Positions 1 to 11,038 of a stretch of DNA of 64,000 nucleotides are shown here, piece by piece. Numbering within the stretch: position 1 is the first letter of the stretch; every line of letters begins with the position of its first letter. Position numbers and translations under genes: made by a program. The stretch lies in NCBI GenBank assembly GCA_963697895.1, contig OY969100.1:1-64000 (forward strand), given 5' to 3'. The DNA is from an uncultured Methanomicrobiales archaeon. Its GTDB lineage: Archaea > Halobacteriota > Methanomicrobia > Methanomicrobiales > Methanospirillaceae. The notes under the pieces were generated by a model. It saw nothing but the letters and a program-made list of their open reading frames with translations. It searched no databases and was not told where the DNA came from.

Positions 1-690
1 GGCAAAGGGGATCTGTTCCCCAAACATCAGCACGACAAAGAGGCAGACGACTGCATCCATGAGCCATATCACGAACGAGATCCCGGAGAGGACGATCATC
101 GAGCGGATGCTCAGGGATGCCTGGCGGACCTGCTCAAGCATCGTGAAAATGAGTCTGAGATACTTATTCTCCGACCTGACCCGGTCCGCAAAGACCAGGA
201 ACAGAAAAAACACGATTCCGATCCCGAGGGGAATGAGGATGATCTCGAGGAACCAGTCGGGGACGTCGAGCACGAACAGGATCGAAGCGAGCCCGAGCAG
301 GGAGACGGTTATGATATCAAATACCCGTTCCACGACGAGGGACGAGATCCCGGCCGAAACCGTCGCCTGCTTCTCGTGCTGCAGGATGAAGACCCGGACG
401 AGATCCCCGAGCCGGGCAGGGACGATCAGGTTTGCGGTCTGGCTGATGAAGATGCAGGCGGTAGAAAAGGCGATCCCCGCACGGATGGCGAGACTGGACA
501 GGATCTGCTCGTACCGGACCCCGCGAAACCACCAGGCCCCGAGGCAGACGAGGACTGCAAGGAGGAGGTAGAACGGAACCAGGTGCTGGAGAGCGGTCAG
601 GAGGTCATCCCATACCCGGTACAGCATGTAGGCGATGAGGCCTGCAGATATCAGGGCCGGAATCACAATCGCAGTGATCTTACGATACAT
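1..690 (-). CDS. UPF0104/lysylphosphatidylglycerol-synthase-like flippase membrane protein (3' end runs off the window)
   Basis: Manual translation from ATG at 690 (minus): MYRKITAIVIPALISAGLIAYMLYRVWDDL..., multi-TM, directly downstream of a GT2 gene. Absent from the ORF track because its stop lies outside the window. Confidence 0.7.
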   Translation of the reverse strand, partial: MYRKITAIVIPALISAGLIAYMLYRVWDDLLTALQHLVPFYLLLAVLVCLGAWWFRGVRYEQILSSLAIRAGIAFSTACIFISQTANLIVPARLGDLVRVFILQHEKQATVSAGISSLVVERVFDIITVSLLGLASILFVLDVPDWFLEIILIPLGIGIVFFLFLVFADRVRSENKYLRLIFTMLEQVRQASLSIRSMIVLSGISFVIWLMDAVVCLFVVLMFGEQIPFA

Positions 691-1383
691 GGAGTTGCCA
701 CCAGAGCCTGAGTACCGCTATCCCCATGGTCCACACGTCCGTACCCGTACGGTGGTCCCTTCCCCTTCCTGCCATCGCACGGGGATCTCCCGTATCCGGT
801 AACCGGCATGCTCTGCACGCACGAGCACCTCGGTATCCCAGAACCAGTGGCCGGCCCTCACCGACGGGAGCAGGGCGAGGAGTCGTTGCCGGTTGAATGC
901 CTTGAATCCGCACTGGTGGTCATGGAGGCGGCTTTTCAACACCCCTCTGACCAGAGCGTTGTATCCGCGGCTTGCAAATTCCCGGGAACCGCTGCGGTCG
1001 GTCATGCTCGAAGGCAGGAGCCGGGAGCCGGTGGCGATATCGCATCCCTCCCGGATCGCACCGATCAGATCGGGCAGATGCTCCATTCCGGTGGCCAGGT
1101 CGACATCGTAATAGCAGAAGATCTCGCCCTGCGCATCGCGACACGCCCGGGAGAGTGCATTCCCCCTCCCCAAACGTTCATCACTGTGGAGCAGGCGGAT
1201 ACGGGAATCTTCCTGTTTCCGGACGAATTCGGCACTTCCGTCCGTACTCCCGTCCTCGGCGATGATCAGCTCAAACCCTTCCGTTATATGGGAAAGGGCC
1301 CCGATGGATTCCTGAATTGCCCGTTCCAATGCTTTCCGGTCATTGTACACGGGGATGACCGCCGAGAGCTCGACACCCTTCAT
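680..1383 (-). CDS. GT2 glycosyltransferase (dolichol-phosphate hexosyltransferase-like), one-base frameshift near 745
   Basis: VIPVYND, EDGSTDGS, DVD and DHQCGFKAF motifs. The plausible C-terminus (TDVWTMGIAVLRLWWQLHVS) is in ORF 680..913, a different frame. Confidence 0.85.
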
Positions 1384-2606
1384 GGCCGCCCGTTCCCGAT
1401 CGTTCCTGCTGCGGCATAGCCCGCCTGTATACTCCCTTCCATGCTCCGCTCCGGATAGTTGGGCTCAGAGAACATTCCCGCGAGGATCAGCCCCTTCTCG
1501 CAATATTGCGGGATCCCTTTCCGGTACCCGGTGACATATACCGGTCCTGCACAGGGTTCGACCGCCAGCCGCGTCCAGCGGATTTCGTCCTCCCGGACGG
1601 AGAACCGTGCACGGAAGTCATCGATCATAACACGATCCAGTCCGGCCGGTGCACTGCCGGAAAAATAGGACGCGAGATAGACGATATGATCCGAATACCG
1701 CGAGACCGGTATGAAATTGGTATGGGAGACCACCGCCCCGTACGGGGCGGGGTCTTTCATGTTCAGCCAGTATATGTTTTTTGCAATGTCCCGGGTGAGG
1801 CCGAGCGTCATACAGGCGGCACCCTGGTAGGGGACCGCCCCGAGTGCGGGGCCACCGATGCGGCTTATCCGCTGCGGGGGAATAGTGGCGATCACCGCAT
1901 CGTACGGATCCCCGTTGACGAGCCAGCCAGACCCGTTCCTCCGGAGCGATCGGGCCGGAGACTGAACCTGGATACTTGAGCCCTTCCGCCCGATCTCCTT
2001 CTCAAGGGCATCTATGAGGAGCTGGAACCCGCCGTTCAGGTACCCGAGCCGCTCCCCGGCGACTCCGCGGTTTGATCGGATTGCAATCCTGCTGATCAGC
2101 CAGGCCGCAGAGACCTCATCCCGCCGGTCCCCGAACTTGCTCCGGAGCAGCGGCTCGAAGAATTCCCGGTATGCTCCTTCCCCTACATGGCGGATAACAA
2201 ACTCTTTTGCCGGCAGATCATCAAGATCGGAGACCGGTATCTTCCCCGACCTCCAGGTAAGCCATGCAAGCCGTAATTTATCAACCATTGTCAGTTCCGG
2301 ATATGCAAGGATCTCCCTTGGAGTGGTGAGAGGATACGCGATTCCGTTTGTATAATAACCCGTGGTGCCCCTGCGCCATTCAAGCCGGTCACCAAGCCGG
2401 AGCTCTTCTATGAGGTGCTGCAGCAGTGCATCCCCGGAGAAACAGTGATGGTAAAACCGTTCTATCCAGGTCTGACCGATCGGATAGGAGGAGAGACAGC
2501 CTCCGAGCTGATCTTTCTCTTCCAGGAGCACGATCTCATGCTCCTCAGGGAGTGCGTATGCGGCGGCCAGTCCGGTAAGTCCTCCCCCGATGATGCATAT
2601 CCTCAT
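1380..2606 (-). CDS. FAD-dependent oxidoreductase (amine oxidase/protoporphyrinogen oxidase-like)
   Basis: N-terminal Rossmann motif MRICIIGGGLTGLAAA...E...LGG. Start placed at the ATG at 2606. Stop overlaps the GT2 start. Confidence 0.8.
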   Translation of the reverse strand: MRICIIGGGLTGLAAAYALPEEHEIVLLEEKDQLGGCLSSYPIGQTWIERFYHHCFSGDALLQHLIEELRLGDRLEWRRGTTGYYTNGIAYPLTTPREILAYPELTMVDKLRLAWLTWRSGKIPVSDLDDLPAKEFVIRHVGEGAYREFFEPLLRSKFGDRRDEVSAAWLISRIAIRSNRGVAGERLGYLNGGFQLLIDALEKEIGRKGSSIQVQSPARSLRRNGSGWLVNGDPYDAVIATIPPQRISRIGGPALGAVPYQGAACMTLGLTRDIAKNIYWLNMKDPAPYGAVVSHTNFIPVSRYSDHIVYLASYFSGSAPAGLDRVMIDDFRARFSVREDEIRWTRLAVEPCAGPVYVTGYRKGIPQYCEKGLILAGMFSEPNYPERSMEGSIQAGYAAAGTIGNGRP

Positions 2607-2787
2607 GGAATCCTGTCGTGTACTCATTGGAAAATGAGGATGAAAAAGGCTCCGCATCCGACAACGTCCATAATACGGGCAGATGACGCTTTAGCTTTAT
2701 AAGAAAGTATTTGAACTCACAAAGGCAAGATTCTTACAGATATTTACCCGGAATTGTTCGGAATATCCGCCTGGATGGTGTGGGATT

Positions 2788-3969
2788 TTGAGGATATTTT
2801 TCATCGGATTCGGTCAGGCCGGGGGCAAGATCGTCGATATGTTTGTCGAGCAGGATAAAAAGATCGGCAGACAGAGCTTCAGAGGAATCGCAGTCAATAC
2901 TGCCAGGACAGATCTGATGGGGCTTCGCCATATCGAGATGAAGGACCGGGTCCTTATCGGACAGACCCTCGTGAAAGGGCACGGTGTCGGCACCGATAAT
3001 GCGGCCGGTGCCAAGATCACCTTTGACGAGATCGATACCATCACGAGCGCGATCGAAAAGAAAGGCACGCATGATGTGGATGCATTTATGATCGTGGCGG
3101 GACTCGGTGGCGGCACGGGGTCCGGCGGAACGCCGGTCCTTGCCCGTGCTCTGAAGAAGATCTACCGCGAACCGGTCTATGCCCTCGGAATCCTTCCGGC
3201 GCCCGAAGAGGGAAGGCTGTATACGTATAATGCAGCCCGGAGCCTGACCACACTCGTAAACGAGGCGGATAACACCTTTCTCTTCGATAACAATGCCTGG
3301 AAAAACGAAGGGGAGAGCGTGAAAAACGCCTACAAACGATTGAATGACGAGATCGCACGAAGGTTCGGGGTACTGTTCCGGGCAGGAGAGGTCAGTAAGA
3401 AGATGGGAGTCGGCGAGATGGTAGTCGATTCGAGCGAGATCATCAATACCCTCCGGGGCGGGGGGATCAGCACAGTAGGATACGCGATCACCCGGGTGGT
3501 AACGAAACAGCCCCGTAACCCGGTGGGCGGACTGATCGGGGGGATACGGGGGTCCCTGAGAAAGCGGGAGGCCACCGAAGAGATGCTCCTCGGCGAGGAC
3601 CGGACCGCCAAAGTGATCTCTCTCGTCCGGAGGGCGATGCTCGGGCGGCTCACCCTCCCCTGTGACTATTCCACGGCAGAACGTGCGCTTGTCCTCGTGG
3701 CGGGTCCTCCGGATGAGCTCGACCGCAGAGGGATCGAAAAAGCAAAGAGCTGGGTGGAAGAGAACATCGCGGGTGTTGAGGTCCGCGGCGGCGATTATCC
3801 GGTCAACAGCGATTATATTGCCGCTGTCGTGATGCTTGCCACGGTCGCCAACGCCCCGCGTATCCGCGACCTTCTGGAGATTGCAAAAGGGACGAAGGAA
3901 GATGTGGAGAAATCAAAGGATAGGCATTCGACTATGTTTCAGGATGAGATCGAACCATTATTTGAGTGA
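2788..3969 (+). CDS. cetZ: Tubulin/FtsZ-superfamily protein, CetZ type
   Basis: IGFGQAGGKI N-terminus, GGGTGSG signature, FDNNAW and VVDSSEIINTL motifs typical of CetZ. TTG start. Confidence 0.88.
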   Translation: MRIFFIGFGQAGGKIVDMFVEQDKKIGRQSFRGIAVNTARTDLMGLRHIEMKDRVLIGQTLVKGHGVGTDNAAGAKITFDEIDTITSAIEKKGTHDVDAFMIVAGLGGGTGSGGTPVLARALKKIYREPVYALGILPAPEEGRLYTYNAARSLTTLVNEADNTFLFDNNAWKNEGESVKNAYKRLNDEIARRFGVLFRAGEVSKKMGVGEMVVDSSEIINTLRGGGISTVGYAITRVVTKQPRNPVGGLIGGIRGSLRKREATEEMLLGEDRTAKVISLVRRAMLGRLTLPCDYSTAERALVLVAGPPDELDRRGIEKAKSWVEENIAGVEVRGGDYPVNSDYIAAVVMLATVANAPRIRDLLEIAKGTKEDVEKSKDRHSTMFQDEIEPLFE

Positions 3970-3975
3970 ACGGAA

Positions 3976-5103
3976 ATGAAGATGAAAACAGTAGCAGTTG
4001 GTATTCTGGTGCTATTATCCTGTCTTATCACCGGAGCCTCTGCATATGCGGTAGTCGGAAACGTCGGTATCGCCCCCGCAACCGACCTTGTCTCGGGACA
4101 AACACATGTGAGCGTCTCATTCGTCGTCGACTTCCCCGCGTCGGGCGGAGAAACCTTCAGCAGCGATGACTCGCTCCAGATGTCCACCGACCTGACGGAT
4201 GCCCGGTGGAGCCCGGTGATGATCCTTGACGGGGTCGAAACCCAGCAGCCGGATGAGGTCGGGAGCAATATCAACATCAACGGGTGGGAACTGTCGTATC
4301 CCTCAAAGCGGGAACTCTCCATGAGAGTCACCATGGAGGGAACCGCCCCGGTGGTGGATACCTCTCAGAATAAGACTATTCTCCGGGTCGCGACGCTTTC
4401 TGCAAAAAATACGGTGGCTCCGGGCAGTGAGGTCATCAAACAGGGGTATGTGATCAACCCGTCGCAGATGCAGTCGAGCGTGTCCGGCGCCCAGGGGGAT
4501 CTGAGCGCGTTCAGGGGATTACTCGATGAAAAATCTGCTCAGGGCGTGGATATTTCAGCGGCTGAAGCGAAATACAACGAAGCGAATGCGGCCTTGCAGA
4601 GTGCCACTGCCTCTACCTCGTACGTGGTCCAGCAGGGGTACATGAATAACGCCGAAGCAGCTATTTCGGACGGAAAGAACCTCCTCGACAAGGCTACCAC
4701 GGCAAAGACGATCCAGGATGCCCAGAAACAGATAGACCAGACCGATGATATCATCACGTACTTCAAGGTAAACCGCTCGATGGGAGCGGACGCGCGGCTG
4801 GCACCGATCGTCACGGAAAGGGAACGGGCGGCGGATCTCCTCTCCGATGCGAACGACCTGAACAACCAGGGGAGTTATGTCCAGGCCCAGAATAAAGCGG
4901 CTGAGGCATTTAACAAGGGGAGCCAGGCGCTCAGCGATGCCCAGGCACTCAAAAAAGCAGTAGGGGACAACCCGTTCAGTGCGATAGGAAATGTGATCGG
5001 CGGAGCGCTTGTCTATATCGGGATCATCGTGGTCATCGCGGTTGTGGTGGTACTCGGGATAGTCCTGTATCGCCGGAGAAACAAATGGGATGAGCTCGGG
5101 TGA
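3976..5103 (+). CDS. Secreted protein with C-terminal membrane anchor, probably co-transcribed with cetZ
   Basis: Signal peptide, beta-rich N-domain, helical Ala/Gln-rich stalk, C-terminal TM followed by RRRNK. Starts 6 bp after the cetZ stop. Confidence 0.75.
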   Translation: MKMKTVAVGILVLLSCLITGASAYAVVGNVGIAPATDLVSGQTHVSVSFVVDFPASGGETFSSDDSLQMSTDLTDARWSPVMILDGVETQQPDEVGSNININGWELSYPSKRELSMRVTMEGTAPVVDTSQNKTILRVATLSAKNTVAPGSEVIKQGYVINPSQMQSSVSGAQGDLSAFRGLLDEKSAQGVDISAAEAKYNEANAALQSATASTSYVVQQGYMNNAEAAISDGKNLLDKATTAKTIQDAQKQIDQTDDIITYFKVNRSMGADARLAPIVTERERAADLLSDANDLNNQGSYVQAQNKAAEAFNKGSQALSDAQALKKAVGDNPFSAIGNVIGGALVYIGIIVVIAVVVVLGIVLYRRRNKWDELG

Positions 5104-5380
5104 GCAATCCACCGTGTCTTCTTTCCTGGAAATAATACACGTACTCTCTTTTTCATCGATTCTCCCGGCAAAGAAAATTGCATCAGAAGATCTTGGTGGA
5201 TCATCCGATAGCCGTTCGGAAAAACCGGGGGACCGTATCGGCTTCAGGAGAAAACTACCTCGAGGGACAATCTTTTGCTGGTCTCCGGTAACTTAAACAA
5301 CAAAAGGAGGGATCATTTTTCTTGTCCCCGCAAAACCCTTTTCAAATTCGATAATCTGTTTCCCGGGATTCGTTACCGAT

Positions 5381-5515
5381 GACGGGCCTGGTGATCCATC
5401 TCGCTTAAGGCAATACCCCCCCTCCTTGAAATCCATCGGACTTCGGATCCGCACACCTGTTTCTCAAGGAGAATGCCAGAAAGGGAATGCATCCACACCC
5501 TGCATTTCGCCCGTC
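5381..5515 (+). ncRNA. Candidate structured small RNA (possibly archaeal HgcC-like)
   Basis: Closing stem GACGGGC(5381)/GCCCGTC(5509). Inner stems GGCA/TGCC, CTCCTTGA(5422)/TCAAGGAG(5464), a cTTCGg-capped hairpin, and AATGCA/TGCATT. TATA-like TTTTCAAA lies about 35-40 bp upstream. Family name is from recollection only. Confidence 0.55.
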
Positions 5516-5687
5516 TCCGGGAGATTAAGGTCGTCTAACCGGTCTTCCGGTTCCCGGAAAAATAATCGATATGATGCCTCCCCTCTTGCTCGCCTGAAAT
5601 AATAACTTTGGGAGACAATTCTGATCATCGTATACCCGTCGGGGCACTTTCGCTCGCACGGACACTCAGGTCTATCCCGACACACTG

Positions 5688-7331
5688 TTACGTGGCTGCG
5701 GCGACCTGGTCCGGGAATGAACTGTTCCGGGTGAATACATCTATGTTGATGCTTCCCATCGGGCCGTTCCGTTCGAAATAATATTCCGGGAGCCGGTTCT
5801 GGTTGTCATAATAGGAGAACCAGTAACAGAGTTTGTACGTCGTCTTGTTATATCCCTCAAGGCTGTCATAGCTCTCCAGGTCATGGGTGATAACCATATC
5901 GGCATTATCGGCATATACCGCACTTTTATCGATGACCTGGCCATAGAATTTGAATTTATCCCATCTATCCCCCCGATAATACCACGGAAGGGGCCAGTAG
6001 TCCTTCGACGCGATCACCACGACATCAGAGGCATCGATCAGGTTCATCACCGTCCGCAGGTCTTCCGAGTTCTGGACCTGGACGATCGGTTCGTTCACAT
6101 CGGCAGGCACAAATGCCACGTGCCACGTCAGGACGGCGAGGAAGATGCACCCTATGAGGGCGAACGCGATCTTTTTCCGGTTGAGCATATAGACGGAAAC
6201 GAAGATCATCGGAAGGAGCTGGTGGATGATGAGCCAGGGAACCTTCTCACCGATATAGGCATAGGCCGCCATGGAGACGAGCATCCACAGGATGCAGAAC
6301 CCGAAGAAGAGTTCCTTCCGGTTCCAGGCGGCCTTTCCCCCCGGTAGTGTTCCCTCTAACTGCTGCCTGCTCTTCTCGATCAGTGCTCCGGTTGTCGCCG
6401 GTTCCGGGTGTTTCTCCCGGAAAGGCCATGGGGGGGCCGGCAGATGACGGCGGGCAAAGACCACGACCCCGATGATCGCGAGGATGAATATGGGCAGCTC
6501 ATAGAGGAGGAAGAGGAGGATGTAGAAATAAGGCGGGCCGCAGATCCGGCACTGACCGGACATCGCGGTCCAGTGCTGGAATGCCCGTATCCATCCGGTC
6601 GCCAGGATCTCGAAGTGATTCCCGAACGAGGAATAGAAGATGACCATGATCCCGGCGGCCACCAGGATTCCGGCCGCCGCGTCCCGTTTCCAGGTCGGGG
6701 GCAGCCGGAGTTGCTGTTTCCAGAGGAGGATCAGGGCAAATAATGCAAGGATAACGAGGAAGAGGGGCATATCCTCTTTCAGGCTCATACCGCCTCCCAC
6801 CGCAAGACCGGCAATAAGGGCGTACCGGAGTTGCCCCTTGTTCAGGTAGGCGAGGAGGGCGACCAGTATCAGGAGGGTAAAAAAGAGCTGGAATATGTCG
6901 TGCCTGAGGAACCGCGAGAAGTACACGAGGTCGGGTGACAGGGCGATAAAGAGCGCGGCGATGAGGGTCTGTTTCCGGTCGAGGTACCCGAGGCGGTATA
7001 TCCCATAGACCAGCGGGATGAGGAGGGCCCCGAAGAGGGCGGGGAGCAGGCGTGCGACCAGGTCAGAGTCCCCGAGCAGCGCAAACATCCCTGCCGTCAC
7101 GTAATAGAGGAACGGCCCGTGGTACATCGGATCATAGACGTACGTCCCCTCCGTCAGGAGCTTAAAACTGAACCAGGCGTGGACCGCCTCGTCATGGTGG
7201 AGAAGTTTCAGATCGAGAAAGGCAAACCGCAGTGCGAGTGCGAGGATAAAGATAAGGATGAAAAGGTGGTTGAAAGAGAACCACCGGCGGATCGTTCTCC
7301 CGAATCCCGCGGTCTCCACGGGGAGCCTCAA
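5688..7331 (-). CDS. TIGR03663/Agl23-type PMT-like membrane glycosyltransferase
   Basis: [22 protein letters not shown] and YWPLPWY motifs. Multi-TM. Confidence 0.8.
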   Translation of the reverse strand: MRLPVETAGFGRTIRRWFSFNHLFILIFILALALRFAFLDLKLLHHDEAVHAWFSFKLLTEGTYVYDPMYHGPFLYYVTAGMFALLGDSDLVARLLPALFGALLIPLVYGIYRLGYLDRKQTLIAALFIALSPDLVYFSRFLRHDIFQLFFTLLILVALLAYLNKGQLRYALIAGLAVGGGMSLKEDMPLFLVILALFALILLWKQQLRLPPTWKRDAAAGILVAAGIMVIFYSSFGNHFEILATGWIRAFQHWTAMSGQCRICGPPYFYILLFLLYELPIFILAIIGVVVFARRHLPAPPWPFREKHPEPATTGALIEKSRQQLEGTLPGGKAAWNRKELFFGFCILWMLVSMAAYAYIGEKVPWLIIHQLLPMIFVSVYMLNRKKIAFALIGCIFLAVLTWHVAFVPADVNEPIVQVQNSEDLRTVMNLIDASDVVVIASKDYWPLPWYYRGDRWDKFKFYGQVIDKSAVYADNADMVITHDLESYDSLEGYNKTTYKLCYWFSYYDNQNRLPEYYFERNGPMGSINIDVFTRNSSFPDQVAAAT

Positions 7332-7636
7332 CTCTCGAGAACGATCTCAATGGCAATATCTTTGGGGACCTGGGTCCGCATCAGCTGGCGGAGTGCCCGC
7401 TCATCGGCATCGATATCGATGAGCCTTTTATGGATCCGCATCTGCCAGCGGTCCCAGGTTGCCGTCCCTTCCCCGTCGGGGCTCTTTCTGATCGGTACGA
7501 CCAGACGCTTCGTCGGGAGCGGGATGGGCCCGGCCAGATTCACGCCCGTGCGTTCGGCTATTTCTCGAATTCGGTCACAGACCATCTCTACTTTCTTGAA
7601 ATCAGTTCCTGTCAGGCGTATTCTGGCTTTTTGCAT
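7328..7636 (-). CDS. rpsJ: 30S ribosomal protein S10 (uS10)
   Basis: [15 protein letters not shown] and HKRLIDI motifs. Downstream of tuf. Confidence 0.98.
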   Translation of the reverse strand: MQKARIRLTGTDFKKVEMVCDRIREIAERTGVNLAGPIPLPTKRLVVPIRKSPDGEGTATWDRWQMRIHKRLIDIDADERALRQLMRTQVPKDIAIEIVLES

Positions 7637-7662
7637 GATTCACCACGGTTTTTGTGCGGAAT

Positions 7663-8940
7663 TTATCTCATCTGCTTCGGCTGGATGGCAATACACACAC
7701 CGGCCGCGATCGTTGAGCCCATATCCCGGATGGCGAAACGACCGAGTTGCGGCAGATCCTTGACATTCTCGATGACCATCGGGTGCGTCGGTTTGAGCTG
7801 CACGATCGCCGCGTCACCGGTCTTTAAGAATGTCGGGTTCTCCTCCTTGGTCTGTCCCGTACGGGGGTCGAGCTTCTTCCGGAGCTCGATGAACGTGCAT
7901 GCCGTCTGGGTGGTATGGCAATGGAATACCGGTGTATACCCGACGGTGATCGCACTGGGGTGCTGGAGAATAACGATCTGCGCCGTGAACTCATCGGCAA
8001 CAGTCGGGGGTGCATCGGCAGGTCCGGTCACATCGCCGCGGCGGATATCGCCCTTTGCAAGACCGCGGACGTTGAACCCGACATTGTCGCCGGGTACTGC
8101 CTGCGGGATCTCTTCGTGATGCATCTCGATGGATTTGACCTCACCCTCTTTGTTTGCCGGCATAAAGGAGACCTTCATCCCTTTCTTCATGATCCCGGTC
8201 TCGACGCGGCCTACCGGCACGGTACCGATACCGCTGATGCTGTATACATCCTGGATCGGAAGGCGCAGGGGCTTGTCAACCGGTTTTTCCGGTTCCTTCA
8301 GGGTATCCAGTGCCTCAAGGATGGTCGGGCCGGTATACCACGGGGTATCGGGGCTCTTGACCTTGATATTTGCTCCCTGGAGTGCACTGGTCGGGATGAA
8401 CAGGATCTCCGCCGGCTTGTACCCGACCATCTGCATCAGCGCAGAGAGGTCTTTTTTCACCTCTTCAAACCGTTTCTGGTCGTACTTTGCTGCATCCATC
8501 TTGTTGATCGCAACGATCAGCTGGTTAATCCCGAGCGTACGGGCAAGGAACACATGCTCCTTCGTCTGCTCCATCACCCCGTCGGGTGCGGCAACCACGA
8601 GGATCGCAGCATCGGCCTGCGATGCTCCGGTGATCATGTTCTTGACGAAGTCACGGTGCCCCGGGCAGTCCACGACAGTAAAGTAGTACTTTGCTGTATC
8701 GAACCGTTTGTGGGCGATATCGATGGTGATACCCCGCTCCCGCTCCTCTTTTAGATTATCCATCACCCATGCAAACTCAAAAGTGGCCTTTCCCTTCGAT
8801 TCGGCCTCCTTTCTGTATCCCTCGATGATATGCGCAGGGACAGTTCCGGTTTCAAACATCAGCCTGCCGACCAGGGTCGACTTCCCGTGATCGATATGAC
8901 CAATAACCGCAAGATTCAAATGTGGCTTCTCAGCTGCCAT
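7663..8940 (-). CDS. tuf: Translation elongation factor EF-1alpha
   Basis: [29 protein letters not shown] and GRFAIRDMG motifs. Confidence 0.99.
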   Translation of the reverse strand: MAAEKPHLNLAVIGHIDHGKSTLVGRLMFETGTVPAHIIEGYRKEAESKGKATFEFAWVMDNLKEERERGITIDIAHKRFDTAKYYFTVVDCPGHRDFVKNMITGASQADAAILVVAAPDGVMEQTKEHVFLARTLGINQLIVAINKMDAAKYDQKRFEEVKKDLSALMQMVGYKPAEILFIPTSALQGANIKVKSPDTPWYTGPTILEALDTLKEPEKPVDKPLRLPIQDVYSISGIGTVPVGRVETGIMKKGMKVSFMPANKEGEVKSIEMHHEEIPQAVPGDNVGFNVRGLAKGDIRRGDVTGPADAPPTVADEFTAQIVILQHPSAITVGYTPVFHCHTTQTACTFIELRKKLDPRTGQTKEENPTFLKTGDAAIVQLKPTHPMVIENVKDLPQLGRFAIRDMGSTIAAGVCIAIQPKQMR

Positions 8941-9111
8941 TCACATCCTCCAATAAATACGCGACCGTATAAATACAGTCTATTTATGCGAGTATACCAT
9001 ATTGGAAATGATCTATATTAATCATATCGATGGTAATTATCGCTGAAATCGCCGGATTCCGGGCAAAACCGACAGTATCATATCGGTGCAGGCTGCAATT
9101 ACCCTGATCGT

Positions 9112-9402
9112 ATGAAAACCCTGCAGATACACCGCGATGAGAAGAAGGACCGGCCAACGGTCGACTGTGCCATGGGAGTGATCCTGGTCCACAGCAGGTG
9201 CGCATACTGCGTTCACTGCCGGGGTATCAGGGCCGGACCCCGGGTATACCCGGTCCCCCAGGAGAAGGCCCTCCAGGGTGGGGGGGGCGATGAAGCGCTC
9301 ATGAACGCGGCGATGCAGTTCAATACGCTTATCCGGGACGCTTCCGCGATAGAATGCGATGACGACGAGGGCGAAGGGTTCCGGACCCGGTATCGTCACT
9401 AA
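9112..9402 (+). CDS. Small hypothetical Cys-rich (metal-binding?) protein
   Basis: 96 aa with CAYCVHC cluster. Stop overlaps the convergent gene. Fills the intergenic gap. Confidence 0.6.
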   Translation: MKTLQIHRDEKKDRPTVDCAMGVILVHSRCAYCVHCRGIRAGPRVYPVPQEKALQGGGGDEALMNAAMQFNTLIRDASAIECDDDEGEGFRTRYRH

Positions 9403-10277
9403 TCGCCCGCAGACTGTTCTGCCACGAGGGCGGCGATCATCTCGTCCCTGAACTTCCCGAACTGGATCTCGTCCATCTGGTCGGAGAGGAGTCTTCCGCT
9501 CCATGCCCGCCGGTAGACCCAGTTAACCACCTTTTCCACGACAAAGACTGCCTTCTCTGCCGAGTCGACGGTGAGGAGTTCCCTGCCGATCTTCGGATGC
9601 CTCCCCCGCCTTCCCCCGACCGTGATCAGGTAATGAGGGCCGGAAGGCTTCAGAAGGCTGAACGGGCACGACCGGACACAGGTTCCGCACTGGACACACT
9701 TCTTCTCGTCAAGGACGGAAATCCCTCGCTGGATGGTGATCGCACACTCCTTGCAGTACTGGACGCAGGTCCCGCACCCGGTACACAGCCCTTCACTCCG
9801 GACCGGCTGAATCTTCCCGATGATACCGATCTCGTTCAGCATCGGGCTCGAACAGGCATTGGGACAACCCGCAACGGATATGCGGATCTTGGTCGGCATC
9901 TCCTTTCCGAAGACCTTCGCGTCGATCGCCCGGGCGATCCCTATCGCATCGATATTGGCAAAAACGCACCGTTCGATCCCCGGACAGGCGATCACATTCA
10001 CCACCTCGTCCCGTTCCGAACCGATCGGGGTGCGGTTCTTCTCGAGGTCGGCGGCAATATCCGGGAGCAGCGAAGGATCGATATGGGGGAGCTCGATGGT
10101 CTGCCGGGTGGTCAGATGGACGGTATACTTCCCGTATTTTTCGGCTATTTCAGCGATACCACGGAGCTGGGCGGTGGTGATCACCCCTGCCGGAAGGCGG
10201 GTGCGGAGCGTGCAGAACGTCGGATCGCGCTCCGTGATCACCCCTCCCTTCATGTGGACTCCGACATCCTTCATCAT
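9399..10277 (-). CDS. Siroheme sulfite/nitrite reductase-like protein with ferredoxin insert (Dsr-like protein)
   Basis: HLTTRQ, ACPGIERC and GCPNAC siroheme/Fe-S motifs plus two CxxCxxCxxxC motifs. Confidence 0.85.
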   Translation of the reverse strand: MMKDVGVHMKGGVITERDPTFCTLRTRLPAGVITTAQLRGIAEIAEKYGKYTVHLTTRQTIELPHIDPSLLPDIAADLEKNRTPIGSERDEVVNVIACPGIERCVFANIDAIGIARAIDAKVFGKEMPTKIRISVAGCPNACSSPMLNEIGIIGKIQPVRSEGLCTGCGTCVQYCKECAITIQRGISVLDEKKCVQCGTCVRSCPFSLLKPSGPHYLITVGGRRGRHPKIGRELLTVDSAEKAVFVVEKVVNWVYRRAWSGRLLSDQMDEIQFGKFRDEMIAALVAEQSAGD

Positions 10278-10315
10278 CAGTGATCAGAAGGAAGGATGGG
10301 ATGTTAAACGTGTGG

Positions 10316-11038
10316 TCACGGGAGTATGAGCACTATTGCGGCGATTATCGCAGCCCGGGTCAGCTCGTGCCCGGCCCCGACCACATCCCCGTTCACCCCG
10401 CCGAAGAGGCGCCGGGAAATAACGAGCAGGACGAGTGGCACGGCGACCATCAGGATCGCGGCGACGGCGAGACGTGCCGGCGGGACCGGGAGCAGGACGA
10501 GGGGGATACAGAGAACCGCGGCAAGTAATGGAAAATACGGGCGGGCAAACCCGTGCAGGAATGAGTGGATCCCATCCCGGAACGGGGTCCCGAATGTGGT
10601 GAGGACCACCATCGAGAAGGCGGCGCCGACTTCGGCGATCAGGATCGTCCAGACGATCGGCAGGGATCCCTGCAGCCCGGTATAGGTGAGAAGGAGCGTG
10701 GTGGCCCCGATGGCGACCCCGCCAGCCCCGGTCTGGCGATCGGTCATTGCCTGTATCCTCCTTTCCGGTTCTCCCTGTGCCATGAGCCCGTCCCCGAGAT
10801 CGATGAGTCCGTCAAAATGATTGCAACCCGAGATGAGGAGGAGAAGAGCGATGGCGACTGCCGCTGCGACCGGAGCGCTCGGGATCCAGAAGACTGCGAG
10901 AGCGGCGATGCCGCCGGTCACGTATCCGGCAACCGGATAGAGCCAGGAACGGCGGGCAAAGTATTCGAACGGGACCGGTTTTCCGAGGGGGAGGATGGTC
11001 GTGAACTGGAGCAGCGCACGGAGGGATTTTACGCACAT
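10316..11038 (-). CDS. cobS: Adenosylcobinamide-GDP ribazoletransferase
   Basis: HFDGLIDLGDG and FGGVNGDVVGA motifs. Multi-TM. Clustered with cobZ and cobT. Confidence 0.92.
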   Translation of the reverse strand: MCVKSLRALLQFTTILPLGKPVPFEYFARRSWLYPVAGYVTGGIAALAVFWIPSAPVAAAVAIALLLLISGCNHFDGLIDLGDGLMAQGEPERRIQAMTDRQTGAGGVAIGATTLLLTYTGLQGSLPIVWTILIAEVGAAFSMVVLTTFGTPFRDGIHSFLHGFARPYFPLLAAVLCIPLVLLPVPPARLAVAAILMVAVPLVLLVISRRLFGGVNGDVVGAGHELTRAAIIAAIVLILP

